A DNA stretch of 64,000 nt. Origin: Bispira polyomma. Lineage: Eukaryota. Within the stretch, counting starts at the first letter, position 1, and each line of letters begins with the position of its first letter. The notes under the pieces were generated by a model. The model was not told the DNA's origin. It saw only the letters and a program-made list of their open reading frames with translations, and searched no databases. The stretch spans positions 28,644,001-28,708,000 of the forward strand of contig OZ287753.1 of assembly GCA_965649765.1 (NCBI GenBank). The letters run 5' to 3'. Below are positions 24,332 to 36,400 of the stretch, piece after piece. Position numbers and translations under genes: made by a program.

Positions 24332-24425
24332 TTAGGCCTCTCTGCTTGCCTTGATGATTTCTGTGAAGTTTAGTGGTTCAAATGCAAACCCTTCACCCCT
24401 GTAAAACTTCTGCTGGAACTCAATC
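24332..24425 (-). CDS. V-ATPase a last coding exon ([20 protein letters not shown]...*)
   Basis: 94 nt; CAG acceptor, stop TAA at 24332-24334. Confidence 0.94.
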
Positions 24426-27400
24426 CTGGAAAATAAAGACATATACATGCATGTAACATTCAGTCAAGTCCCTTTAAGGTCAGAACTCAGTTATCACAAC
24501 TCAACTTGACCTAGCGCATCGGAGAACTGATGCATATTTGAATCTACCAGAAGGTAAAATCTGACCACAGCAAAAGATTACCAGCCCATGATTTCCTATA
24601 GGTTGGTTTCACAAACCTCTACGACCAATACTAAGCGAGATATAGGCAATTTAGATTTAGCCATCTACATTTGACCTTGAATGAGGGGCCAAATCAAATT
24701 GGACCACATCAAAAGATTCCCAGGCCTTGATTTCCTATTATTATTATTATAAATTTTTAACGCGCTTTATCGATGCTAGGCATCTTCTACAGCGCAACAG
24801 CAGAATCATTGGTCCTATAGGTTGGTTTGGCACTCCAAACCTCTAGGACCAATAATAAGTGAGATATAGGCACTTTTAAGTTTGGCCATCCGCATTTGAA
24901 CTTGAATGAGGGGCCCAAGGTCAAATCGGACCACATCAAAAGATTCCCAGCTCCTGATTTCCTACAGCTTGGTGTCACATCCAAAACCTGTTTGACGAAA
25001 AATAATCGAGATATAGGCCATTTTAGGTCCTTTTTAATCTCTACACACACTGACGCGGCGGCGGCGGAGGGGGCAGCGGCGGCGACATTACGGTGACTAC
25101 ACCATAGCATCAACCGGAGTTTTTCCGGTGGATACAATAATTGTAACTAGGCTAATTTACTGTAATTTCCAATACACATCTATACTTGTTGCGTGACCTT
25201 GACTAAATTGCATGAGGTGAGCCAATTTTAGTGTTGCCTAGATGATAAATCCTTCCGGCCAATGAGATTGAAAATCTCAATTGGCAAACTATTATCACCT
25301 GAATTTACCTGGTGTTACCAGGTCACCAGGATTGTTTGGATAATAGAGGTTCTAATGTATATTCAAGTCTAAATCGAGGTTTCAAATATAGTACTCAAAA
25401 TAAATAAAGCTTTCTGGACGGGTATTCTCAAAATATAGTAATGCTTAAACTCCGACTCAACTCGTGTAAATGCTGTGCGGAACTTCCACAGCGGAAGTCC
25501 TTGTATATGGAACAAACCCATACTTGTGACTATTAATTTTAATAGAGCTTTCATGGCTGAAGTAAAATATGCAGTCAGATTTTATTTAACTTCACTCTAG
25601 CCAGAGATATGGGGGATTCAAATTTGAGCTTGAGATCTTTCGAGAATACAGTAGACTCTCTGTAACTCGATTTTTGCAATAAATCGAACCATAATTAGTA
25701 AGTCGCAACAATTGTAATGCAAAGACAATGTATCAGTGGAAGTTTGATCTTTGAAATTACGCATCAATCAAACCTACTATTAAGCCACAAGATGTTCTTT
25801 TTAAGTCACTTTTTGACAACATTAGTCGAATCAGAGCCAGGACCGTAATTGTTTCACAAGAGATGATTATACGAGTCCATTGTTGTTTTGTTTGCCGGTG
25901 TAGGCCATTTACTTTGAGTGTGTCTTCAGTTACAAGATTGGCTGTAGTAGAGATGTCAGCCTTTGTATTTAACATTAACACATACACTCATCAATGTATG
26001 GGGCCCTGGACTTTACCTTTTGGGTCCTGGAGACTTCCATACTAAGGTCTTCAATCACTGTTCAGTACTTACCAGTGTAACCTAAGGGTGTGTAGAAAGG
26101 CAGACAGTCCCTCCATGATCAGCAGGATGACGATAGTGGCGCCAGCAAACGCAGGAAACACCGCAAACAGGATAAAAAAGCCATGGAGACCATCCATCCT
26201 TAGACCAATACTAAACACCATGTTCCACAGCACCTCGGACAGTTCTGGAAAATAAAACACCAGGAGCCATAATTTAAACAACAGAAATAACATGGGCTCT
26301 GCTGTAAACTTAGAAAAGCGGATTGCTACTGCTGGGATTCGATCCTGGGTTGTCATGGGATCTTGAGATTAATAGTCCAGTACATTAACTTTTGAGCTAA
26401 AAGGGGAAAACCCCCCCAGAAGCCTGAGTGTATGATGCGCTGATATACACGGATATTACAATACTCACAAAAGGTGTTAGTCTTAACTTAACAATAAGCA
26501 AAAATCTTTTCTTACTGTCACTGGGGCTAAGTCCAAAATCTCAACATTTATAGCCAAAATCAAATTATTTTAAGCTTTAGATGAAGTTAGGACTCAGACC
26601 TTTCATGAATACATCCCCTGAGCCTTAGCGCAGTGACACTAATCTTGCTTAAGCGAATTTAAAACACAAACAGAACAACAAGAGGAGAATGGCCTGGCGG
26701 CCATATCATGATGATGCGACTACAAAGCAAGTTACTGATGAGTCTGAAAATAGTAAACCAGTTACTATTTAGCAGTCAAATAGTGGGCGAAAAAATCAGG
26801 GAATGCTGCTTAACATTTTATTTGGAAGTAATAAACTGCTATTTTACCATTTTTCAAGTTTAATCACAGTTTCTAACAGCCGTCGGCTCATTTTCAAACG
26901 TCCTGTTAGTGGACACTTCTTTTTACTGGACACTAGTTTAAAAGTTGTTTATTTTCACGACAACAATACCATTTCTGGTGACCATTAATACATATGATGG
27001 ATCAAACGTAAATGTTTCATTTTCCTATATAAATATGGGTGTTTTCAATTCAAGCTTTAAAACTGTTGTGAAACCTCTTTTTGGAAGCATAACACCCATT
27101 ATTTAGAGGAGTATGTGTATCTTTTGCAAATTATAAAAAGTGAATCCAGCTAAACTGCATTTTAACAATATATTATACATGTTATAAAATATAGCAGATC
27201 TTTTTTCCTTGCTTATACACAGCCTCGTTTTAAAGTATTACGTCAGTTTCGGGCCTGTTTTTATTGAGATCTACCTACTTATTTTTGTATATCGTTTTCC
27301 TTAGAAATCTATGAATATAATTAAATGAAGAAAGCAAAAACCCCAAATAGAAACAAGTATCCTTTCAATATTTGATTTAAAAAAATATCTTACATTATTG

Positions 27401-30400
27401 GCACAGAAAACGGGTACAAATATATATGGTTTTCGCGGTATTTTCACTGCAAACCCAGACAAGGGACGTAGCTGTTTCCGGAAATATCAAAGAAAAGGTC
27501 TTGATCGTTGGAAGGTTCTAGCAACATTTTGTGTATTGATTAACCAAGAGTGAACCTAGTCTTTTGCGTCTTTGTGAGAATAAATTAGCAAGAGGGTATT
27601 GATCGTGCCACTGCGCATGCTCGGAAGATCACGTGCCCATACTCAGTACTCTACTTTCATTAACAAAAATATCCATCAATGAAACAGCTGATTAGATCAC
27701 TTAATTTATTCTACAAAGACGAAAAATTGTCTAGAAACCGAAAAACCGGAAATGGGTGGTAATGGAACCTTCAATCATAGCTCACAATCCCCCCCAAACA
27801 GAAAATGGCGGTTTCTTACTTATTTCTAGCTATATTAACACCAAATTACAAATGTACTATCACTGAAACAGACTCCAAATGTATGCCAAATATGAAAGCT
27901 AAAATCCTTCTAAGTTCAGATATTACCCTGTCTACACAGTTTAACAATGATGTAACCATGGTTACCATGATTCTTCCACTATACACCCCTCTAATCTATA
28001 GGAAAGCATGATCATGCCAATAAGCATTGACATAATCATGCAAAAACTGGAGGGGAAAGTAATACTCGAGAGACATAACCTAGAATCTCAGATATTTCTC
28101 TTTGAACCCAGAAAATTGTGCATGCTTTTTTTTATTAAATATTTTTCAACATTAGATACCTTCTAACCAAAATTGGTAAAAGTGCAAGCACCCAGACTCA
28201 AGTTATTTATTAGTGTGCGATTACTCTGGCTGTATTTTGTACAGATTTGTGGCATCCCTAGTTAGAGCATAGGTTAAAAATGTAAGAATTTCCTCTTTGT
28301 TAACATAATTTCTTGTAGTACCCCATGGCCTAGTGGCTAGGATGTTAGTCTGATGTTCAAAAGGTCCCTGGTTCAACTCCCAGTACGTCCGTTTTGGAGA
28401 ACAAATGTCTATATAAGATGCAATGCGATCACTGTCATGCACTAAATAAACACCGCAAACAAACAAACATTTTTTATTAAATATTTTAATTACTCACGTG
28501 TATGGGCCAAACTAAGAGCCCAGAGCCGGAGATAGGAGGCCGTGTGTGATATACACCCCAGGCAGTACTCTATGGTATGGATGGCTTGGCCTATGAAGAC
28601 CTCACTAAACTCAAACTGAAAACACAAGAACAAGAATATGTGAGCCAATTTATAGAGTGCCAAATTAATGAGAACATCCACTGATATCCCAAAAGGGAAG
28701 GTCCAAGGGTGAGCAAAAGGTCATCACCACAATTTTACTAACTTTATTTAATGAAGACAATTTATTCACTGTTACCTTACATCAAAACATAGCAAGTAGC
28801 ATTTGTTTAATGAAAACATCTGCCTAACAATGTGGACTTTTACAAAATAAACAAAAGGGCTTTGAAGAGTTATATTTCTGATAATGAAAGTTACTATATT
28901 GATAAAAATTTCTATACATATTTGTGGTATAAACCCCTGCACTAAAACAAAATATGTTTTATTTACTATGTATAAATATCTCATTATCGACCCTTAAGAC
29001 CAAAAAGAATAAATAGTGCTGACAACAAAAACTGATTTTTCCAAGTACCAGTTACACTTAATTAGATTTTATTGTTACTCATACAACATCATCACTCTTG
29101 TGTAAAAAAAATTAACAAGGCAGTATGTAACCAAATTTTCATAATTTTAATCACATTTCATTGAAAAAGTTTTCTGGCATTTTGAAAAAAAATATCAGTA
29201 AACAAATCCTATTCATTCCTGTAAAGGTGTTTAAGCATCCCTAGACTTCCATCAGCCAATGAGAATGCTTGATAGAAGGTTACCTCTTCCTCCTGGATGA
29301 TCACAAGGTCCACTGTTATACCGTTCAGCGTGCCTCTGTGGTTTAACATCTCATCATCCCCATCCTCTGTGGTACTGGCACCGGGGTCCTGGTTCAAATC
29401 CAGAAACTGATCCTGGCTTAAGAGCTAGCAGAAACAACAAAAGGTGTGAACGCTGCTCACAGAGTTGTAAACTGATCCATAACTGAGGACAATACATGTA
29501 TAGAATGTTTGATTATATTCAATTTTTAAAATTTTATTTTGAGAGTTTTTTTTTTGGCTTTTGAAGATTCATAACTCCCAACATCCTATTAAATTTTTTT
29601 ACCTATTTCGACAACATATAAGAAAGGTACTAAAAACCAGTTCATATATAATCATATTTTAAAGTTCACACTGAAGAAAACAGTTCTCAACATAATCACC
29701 TGGCAATAGATATTTGAAAGAAACATGATAACAAGTAGAAATCTAACATTGTAAAATCAATTTAATACATTGTACATTTATCAAACTTTATCTAGTATCC
29801 CAAACATTAATTAGCTTTTTCTTGGGTGTCCTAGTACAGCCAACCAGCACTATTAACTGTCACTCCCCTGAAAGATGAGAGCAGCTTATGGACAACCATA
29901 TCATGTTTAGAGTTATGGCTCATGTATACATTTTTGTTTCTCGTTTTATGTATCATTAAACGTTTAGGGTAAGAACCGACAAAAGCCCACTTTCGCCCGG
30001 AATTTTCTTTTGGAAACCGGTTATAAATAAAACAAATGGGGTTTAGACCCAAAAAGGTGGGTTGTGCAATTGGTATCAGGGATAGGGTCCAGCAACAAAT
30101 TTCAAGTTTATTTTTTTTGTTTGTACAGATACACCTCCACCATAAATTTGGTAATGATAGCTGCAATACTTTTCCTTTAAATGTCCGGAAACCGTTTCCA
30201 AGATGGCGGCCATCTTGTTTTTCGGAATGGACCCAAATACAATCCCAACCAAGCTATTGACATGATACACCTCCACAACAAATTTGGTAATGATAGCAGC
30301 AATACTTTTCCTTTAAATGTCCGAAACCGTTTTCAGGATGGCGGCCGCGGCGTTTTTCGGAATAGGTCCAAATACAATCCCAACCAAGCTATTGACATGA

Positions 30401-33400
30401 TACACCTCCACAATAAATTTGGTGATGATACCTCAAATAGTTTTCCTTTAAATGTCCGGAACCAAAATGTTGATGAACGGACGTCGGCCACATCAATCTA
30501 ATAGGCGCGTTGGTTACACGCAACCCACCCAAAAACACTATATAGAGGTGGTCTTGAGCAGGTTTGACTGTACTACATTTCCCACATGCATGACCAGGAA
30601 AGGAGACATTAACCAGGACCAAAGGGGTGAGAGGTGAGAGTGACCCTTATTGAGAGACCAGATAATTAACGGTGACCTTTAGAAGTGATACACAGCAGTA
30701 AACAACCATAAGTTATGTCAATGCTAAACTTCTCTAGTGATATACAGTATATGTCCAGGTATCCAGGTATGTGGTCTCTGTGGCCTTGTGGTTAGAGTGT
30801 CGGACTTTGGATCTGAGTAATCCCAGAGCCCTAGGTTTGATCTTTGCTGCAGGCTTTGAGATTATACCCTTGGACAAGGTGCTTTACACAAAGTTGTCTC
30901 TCTCTACTCCGGTGTATAAATGGGTAACTGGCCGCTAATGGATGTTAGTCTTTGTGCACTGCATGTGGTAGCATGGCAAGTATGCTTCCTGAGGGAGCTG
31001 AAACTAAACAACTAGAAATAGGACGCCCTGTTAAGAGTAGCTGCAACATATGAAAAGAAACAGGATAGCATAGAAGAAGACACATTAGCATGTGTAATGT
31101 CCACCCCATGAACCTATTGAAACAATTGCATAGTAGTCTTACAGGACTGTTTTGTTTGTAAAATATATCAACGATGCTCCAAAATTTATTAGTATACATG
31201 TAAATTATTTGAACTGCACGGACAAAATACCGAGGGGACAAAACGGCAGTCAAAATTGCAAGGGGGACAAAATGCTGTCTAACTAAATGGTACATAACAC
31301 ATTTACACAAGCACTGCCTAGTAGTGTACACCATGTAACAGATTCCTGAAAAAGCCCATCAGGAAAAATGTCCATCAAGTGAATCCCATCAGCAAAAAAT
31401 CCCATCAGGAAAATTGGCCATCAGCTAAAGTGATGGGTGGGAAAATTGGCCATCAATTTTGCAAAATTTCTTCACAACAGATAATGTAGCTATAATTTAT
31501 AAAAATCTGATGTAAGGTAATGATAAACTACATTTACAATTGATTAAGGTCCACTTTTATTTCAGGTTTATGTATGAGTTTCATAAGTTTATTTATTTAA
31601 ATCAAAGGAATAGTGCATAAATTTCATGTTATTGTATTTGTATCAAAAGAAGGGTGCACAAGTTTCCTAATTTTTTATTTACACCAAAGGAAGGGTGTAT
31701 GTGGTGTGTCTACTCAGACGAGATCAAGAAAAAGCTATTGTTTGTTGTATAATCTGTGCATGAATTCTTTGAAAGCTCAGAAGAAATCAATTGATGGGCA
31801 GTGTGTGAGAGTAATAACAAATTGCTCTATCTCGCACGGTTCAGGAGATAGAAGCAAATTTGTGTTTTTCCAGTTTTGGCAAAAATTCGAAAATATAAAA
31901 TGGCCGCCATTTTTGGGGAAAGGAAAATTTTTTGAAAATTGTCTATAGTATCCTGTGGGTCAAAAATTTCGACGAAATCGCTCTATCTCGCACGGTTAAG
32001 GAGATAGAATAAAATTTGTGTTTTTCCATTTTTGGCCAAAATTCAAAAATACAAAATGGCCGCCATTTTTGGGGAGAGGAGCATTTTTTGAAAATTCCCT
32101 ATAGTACATTTCTTAGATACCCTATGGGTCGAAAATTTTGATGAAATCGCTCTATCTCGCACGGTTAAGGAGATAGAAGCAAATTTGTGTTTTTCCATTT
32201 TTGGCAAAAATTAGCTATTACTCACTTAGCTATAGTTACAAAGCTATTACCGACCAAAAGCTATCCTGGCCAAACTATTGACACAATTGTCCTTCATATA
32301 AATTTTTGTGAAGCTAGAAAACATTGTTTTCCTTTAAAATGCTTAAAATAAAAAAGCTACTCAAAGTAGCTGAGTAGCTATTACTCAGTCAGTTCTATAG
32401 CTATTATCATTAAAAGCAATCCCAAGCAAGCTATTGACCAAACTATTGCTCATACCAAATTTGGTAAAGATAGGATAAATACTTTTCCTGAACATAAGTT
32501 AAATACTTTTCTTTTGAAATGCTTAAAATGAAAAAGCTACTCAAAGTAGCTAAGTAGCTATTACTGAGTGAGTTTTTTTGCTATTATCACTAAAAGCAAT
32601 CCCAAGCAAGCTATTGACCTAACTATTGGTCATAACAAATTTGGTAAAGATATGTCAAATATTTTCTCTTAAAATGCCCGGAAACCAAAGAAGTACATAA
32701 AAGTAAGTAAGTAGCTATTACACAGTTAGCTATAGAGCTATCTTCACCAAAAGCAATCCCATGCAAGCTATTAACCCAATAAACACCCATACCAAATTTG
32801 GTAAACATAGGATACATACTTTTCCTTGAAATGACCGGAAACCAAGCGTGACGGACGGCAGACGCCGGAAAAAGCAAAAATAATATGTCCACCCCCCACT
32901 GGGGTGGACATAATTAGTTGACAAGTGGAAGAACTCAGGCTGGGGATGTAAGCTGTAAAGACGCCTGAGACCTCAATAGAGGTAATATCAAATTATAAAC
33001 CTACATATATTTACATTTACATATTAGAGGTCTATCCCATAGCACTATTGTTAACATTGTTAACATGTTAGTGGTTCATTGTACCGCTTACCGATTCTGC
33101 TCTCATCTTTGACTTGTGCCTTTGACGAAGGATTAGTGGTTTGGCCAACAGCATCACTAAGGCACAGACCAGGGCAGTTAACACCAGGACTATCTGCAGG
33201 TATTTCTGAAAAACAAAACACATACATATACAGTAGACTCTATATATCTAGAACCAGTGTAAGTAGAAGTTTGCTACAAGTAGAAACCTATTTTTATTTG
33301 GTCCCAAGAGTTTACAAATACTAGCATTATATTAGGTGTAAGTAGAACTAAATCCTTTGGATATTGGAGGTTCGACTTACACAGAGTCTACTGTAGTATA

Positions 33401-36400
33401 AAAAGCACTTTCTTGCTACTTCATCATTTCATCTTATACATTAAAGAAGTTAGCACTGTAGCATGTTAGACGTGTATGTACAATGTCTGCTTATTATCAT
33501 TTATCAAAATAGTAAAAATAATTCTTAGAACTGTCATTAATTATAGTGTAGTGCCCCTTTTCGATATTTTAACGTTTTAGGTACATGTTGTACTCAATAT
33601 TTTACTGCTGGGATACAAAAGATGTTATTAGATGTCTTGAAAGTGGACACAACCCATCCTAATTATGTATTATATAATAGCAATAAGATGGAGCATACCT
33701 GTCCAGGAAACCAAGGTAAATTACTCTTAACATCATCCTCTTTGTAACTAAACAGGAACATGTTTATGTAACCTAAAAGATGCCAAAAACAACAACACAA
33801 TTTTACTGCAGTGAGGAATTTAAATTTTACTGTGTATGTAAAACACAGTAGCTACAATGGACTAGAACCCATAATATTTGATTTGATGAATTATTTCTAT
33901 ACTCTCTCATTTTTTTTTGCGTAAAATGTACCCAACAACTGCTACAACTGACTTTGTCAGGAGTCAACTCGGTCGAAATGAAAATTTCCGACACTACCGG
34001 AGCTGACTCCCGTTTAGTACACACCATTATATAGGGCATGTACCTAAACAACAACAAGGAGCTTCTTCCCATGTTCTGTATTACGAAATTGACCGCCAAC
34101 CAGTACACAGTATTCGATTTTCAGAGATTTTTTACACAGATTTTTTTATGATTTGGTTTTGTTTTTTGGATGATTTTAACGATATCTGCTGGTTAATCTT
34201 CACCTGTACTGCTTCTTTTTTTCTAGTTAGGAATTTTAATAACAAAAAATTTCAATTTTTTTTTACTATTGTTTTATACAGAAATGCTTCTTCTATTTTA
34301 CCTACCTTCTGGTTTTGAAGAAAAAAGCTTGCCAGAGTTCATTCACTCCCAACTTCACTTAACCACAATAAATAGTTTGTGTAAGTGTAATGAATCTAGA
34401 CAGTTTTAAGATTCACTCACCTCCTACCCAGCCTTAATATATGTACTTGTTATTACTCAAACCAGCAAAATCTTAGCAATGTTACTCTCAAAATTACCCT
34501 TACTTCAGCCATTATTAATAGAAATCTCAGCAGTATATATAATAATAATAATGCATTTTTAATGCGCTTTATTGATGCCAGGCATCTTCTAAAGCGCAAC
34601 AGCAGAATCAGTGATCCAATCATAAAGTCCATGGGCATAGCAAGGTCGTAAGGGTAGGGGGGTTAACAGCTGGTTGATCAGCAAGCAATATATATATGTT
34701 AGTATTTTCCTTTATATTCTATACTATACATAATAATTAAGTTTTCTGCGTGGCCAATTTTTAGACTTTGCTACGCATACTTTTACCAGCATAGCTAATT
34801 TTGAATAAGTGGTGACTTCCACATGATTCTGTAGTTACCAAGTCTTAAACACAAAGCTTAAACTCATACACCTTACACATAAATTTCCCTATTATTTGAA
34901 ATATGAAAATGTGACCATGTTGCTATTCATTTTATTAATGATATAATAGCCCTTCAGTTTAGAACTCAAAGATGTTGCAGTTTTGTGTGAAAATCCCAGC
35001 TTACGGAGCCTTAAAGTCCGAGGTGATAACAGATACAAAGAAGTTCAGACACTGTACAAGCGCAAGAAAATTTCACTAATTTACAATTTTTCAGAAGTTC
35101 ACTGAAATAAATTTTCAACTTCTTAACTAATTTTAGTTAAAATATTACTACATGTTCAAATTTACATTTGCAATGAATTTTCACTGTTGCAACTAATTAC
35201 CAAAGTCATCCCAGGAAGCGCCTGTTCTTGCATTATTGCCCACCCTCTAAAATGTGCCAACAAGAGAAGAATGGCATGGCAGCCATATCACGATAATGCC
35301 ACTACAAAGCCAGTTACTGACGAAAAACGAAAATAGTGAACCTCTCAGTATCTATTCATCTTCAGTGGGCAAAAGACATGGGCGAAACATCAGATAATAA
35401 ACGGCCTGAAAATAGTGAACCATTAGTAAAATCAAAGGGGTGTTAAAAATAGGTACATTGTCTAGTATCTTCTATTTTCGCTCACGCTTTATGAAAATGT
35501 TGTAAAAATCTTACCCTAACCATAAACTTTTGCGAAACTGTCGAGTTCAGACAATACATCAAATTTGAATGACTGCCAAATAGAATTCACAGTACCTTTT
35601 CAATTGTGATTCTATTTAATGAAGGTAATGCTGTCACATATTTTACTATATTATTATATGGCAATACATCGATATGTTTTCCGGTTTTTTCCTTGCTTAT
35701 ACACAGGCATAACGGGTCTGGGGATTTCCTCTTTTGAGGTATGACGTCAGTTTCGGCCTGTTTTTGTTGAGAGTGACTAACTTCAATTTGTATATTGTTT
35801 TCATTAGAAATGTATTAATATTCGTTAAATGAAAAAATCAAAAACACTAAATGGAAGCAATTATCCTTATATATGTTTAATATTCGATTTTAATTAAAAT
35901 ATCTCACATTATTGTACATATATATCCACTCTTGCCAACTTTTATTTGGAACTGATTATCCTGTCGAAACAAGCCCCTGCTAGACATATAAATGAGCCAA
36001 GATCTGTTAGAAAACTGTGATTAAACAAAGCAAAGTCTTCGTCAGAATAAATTAGGAAGAGGGTATTGATTGTTTCACTGCGCATGCTCAGAAGATCACG
36101 TGACCTTACTACGTACTCTAATTTCATTCACAAAAATATCCATCAATAAAACAGCTGACAAGATCGCTTAATTTTTTTTATGAAAACGGAAAACTTGTCT
36201 AGAAACTGAGAAACTGGAAATGGGCGGTAATGGACCCTTCAATCAATGCTCACGATCCCCAAAAAGTCAATGACTGTTATTTACTTATTTCTAGCTATAC
36301 TAACACTAAATTAAAAATGAAATGCACATAAGCATTGGCATATTCATGCAAAAAGCTCCTAAACGCTCAATTTTACACAAAACAACATGTATATATAAAT

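Noticed and set aside
30036-30637. Overlapping ORFs with repeated peptides ([16 protein letters not shown])
   Set aside because: By-product of ~135-bp tandem repeats in a non-autonomous element.
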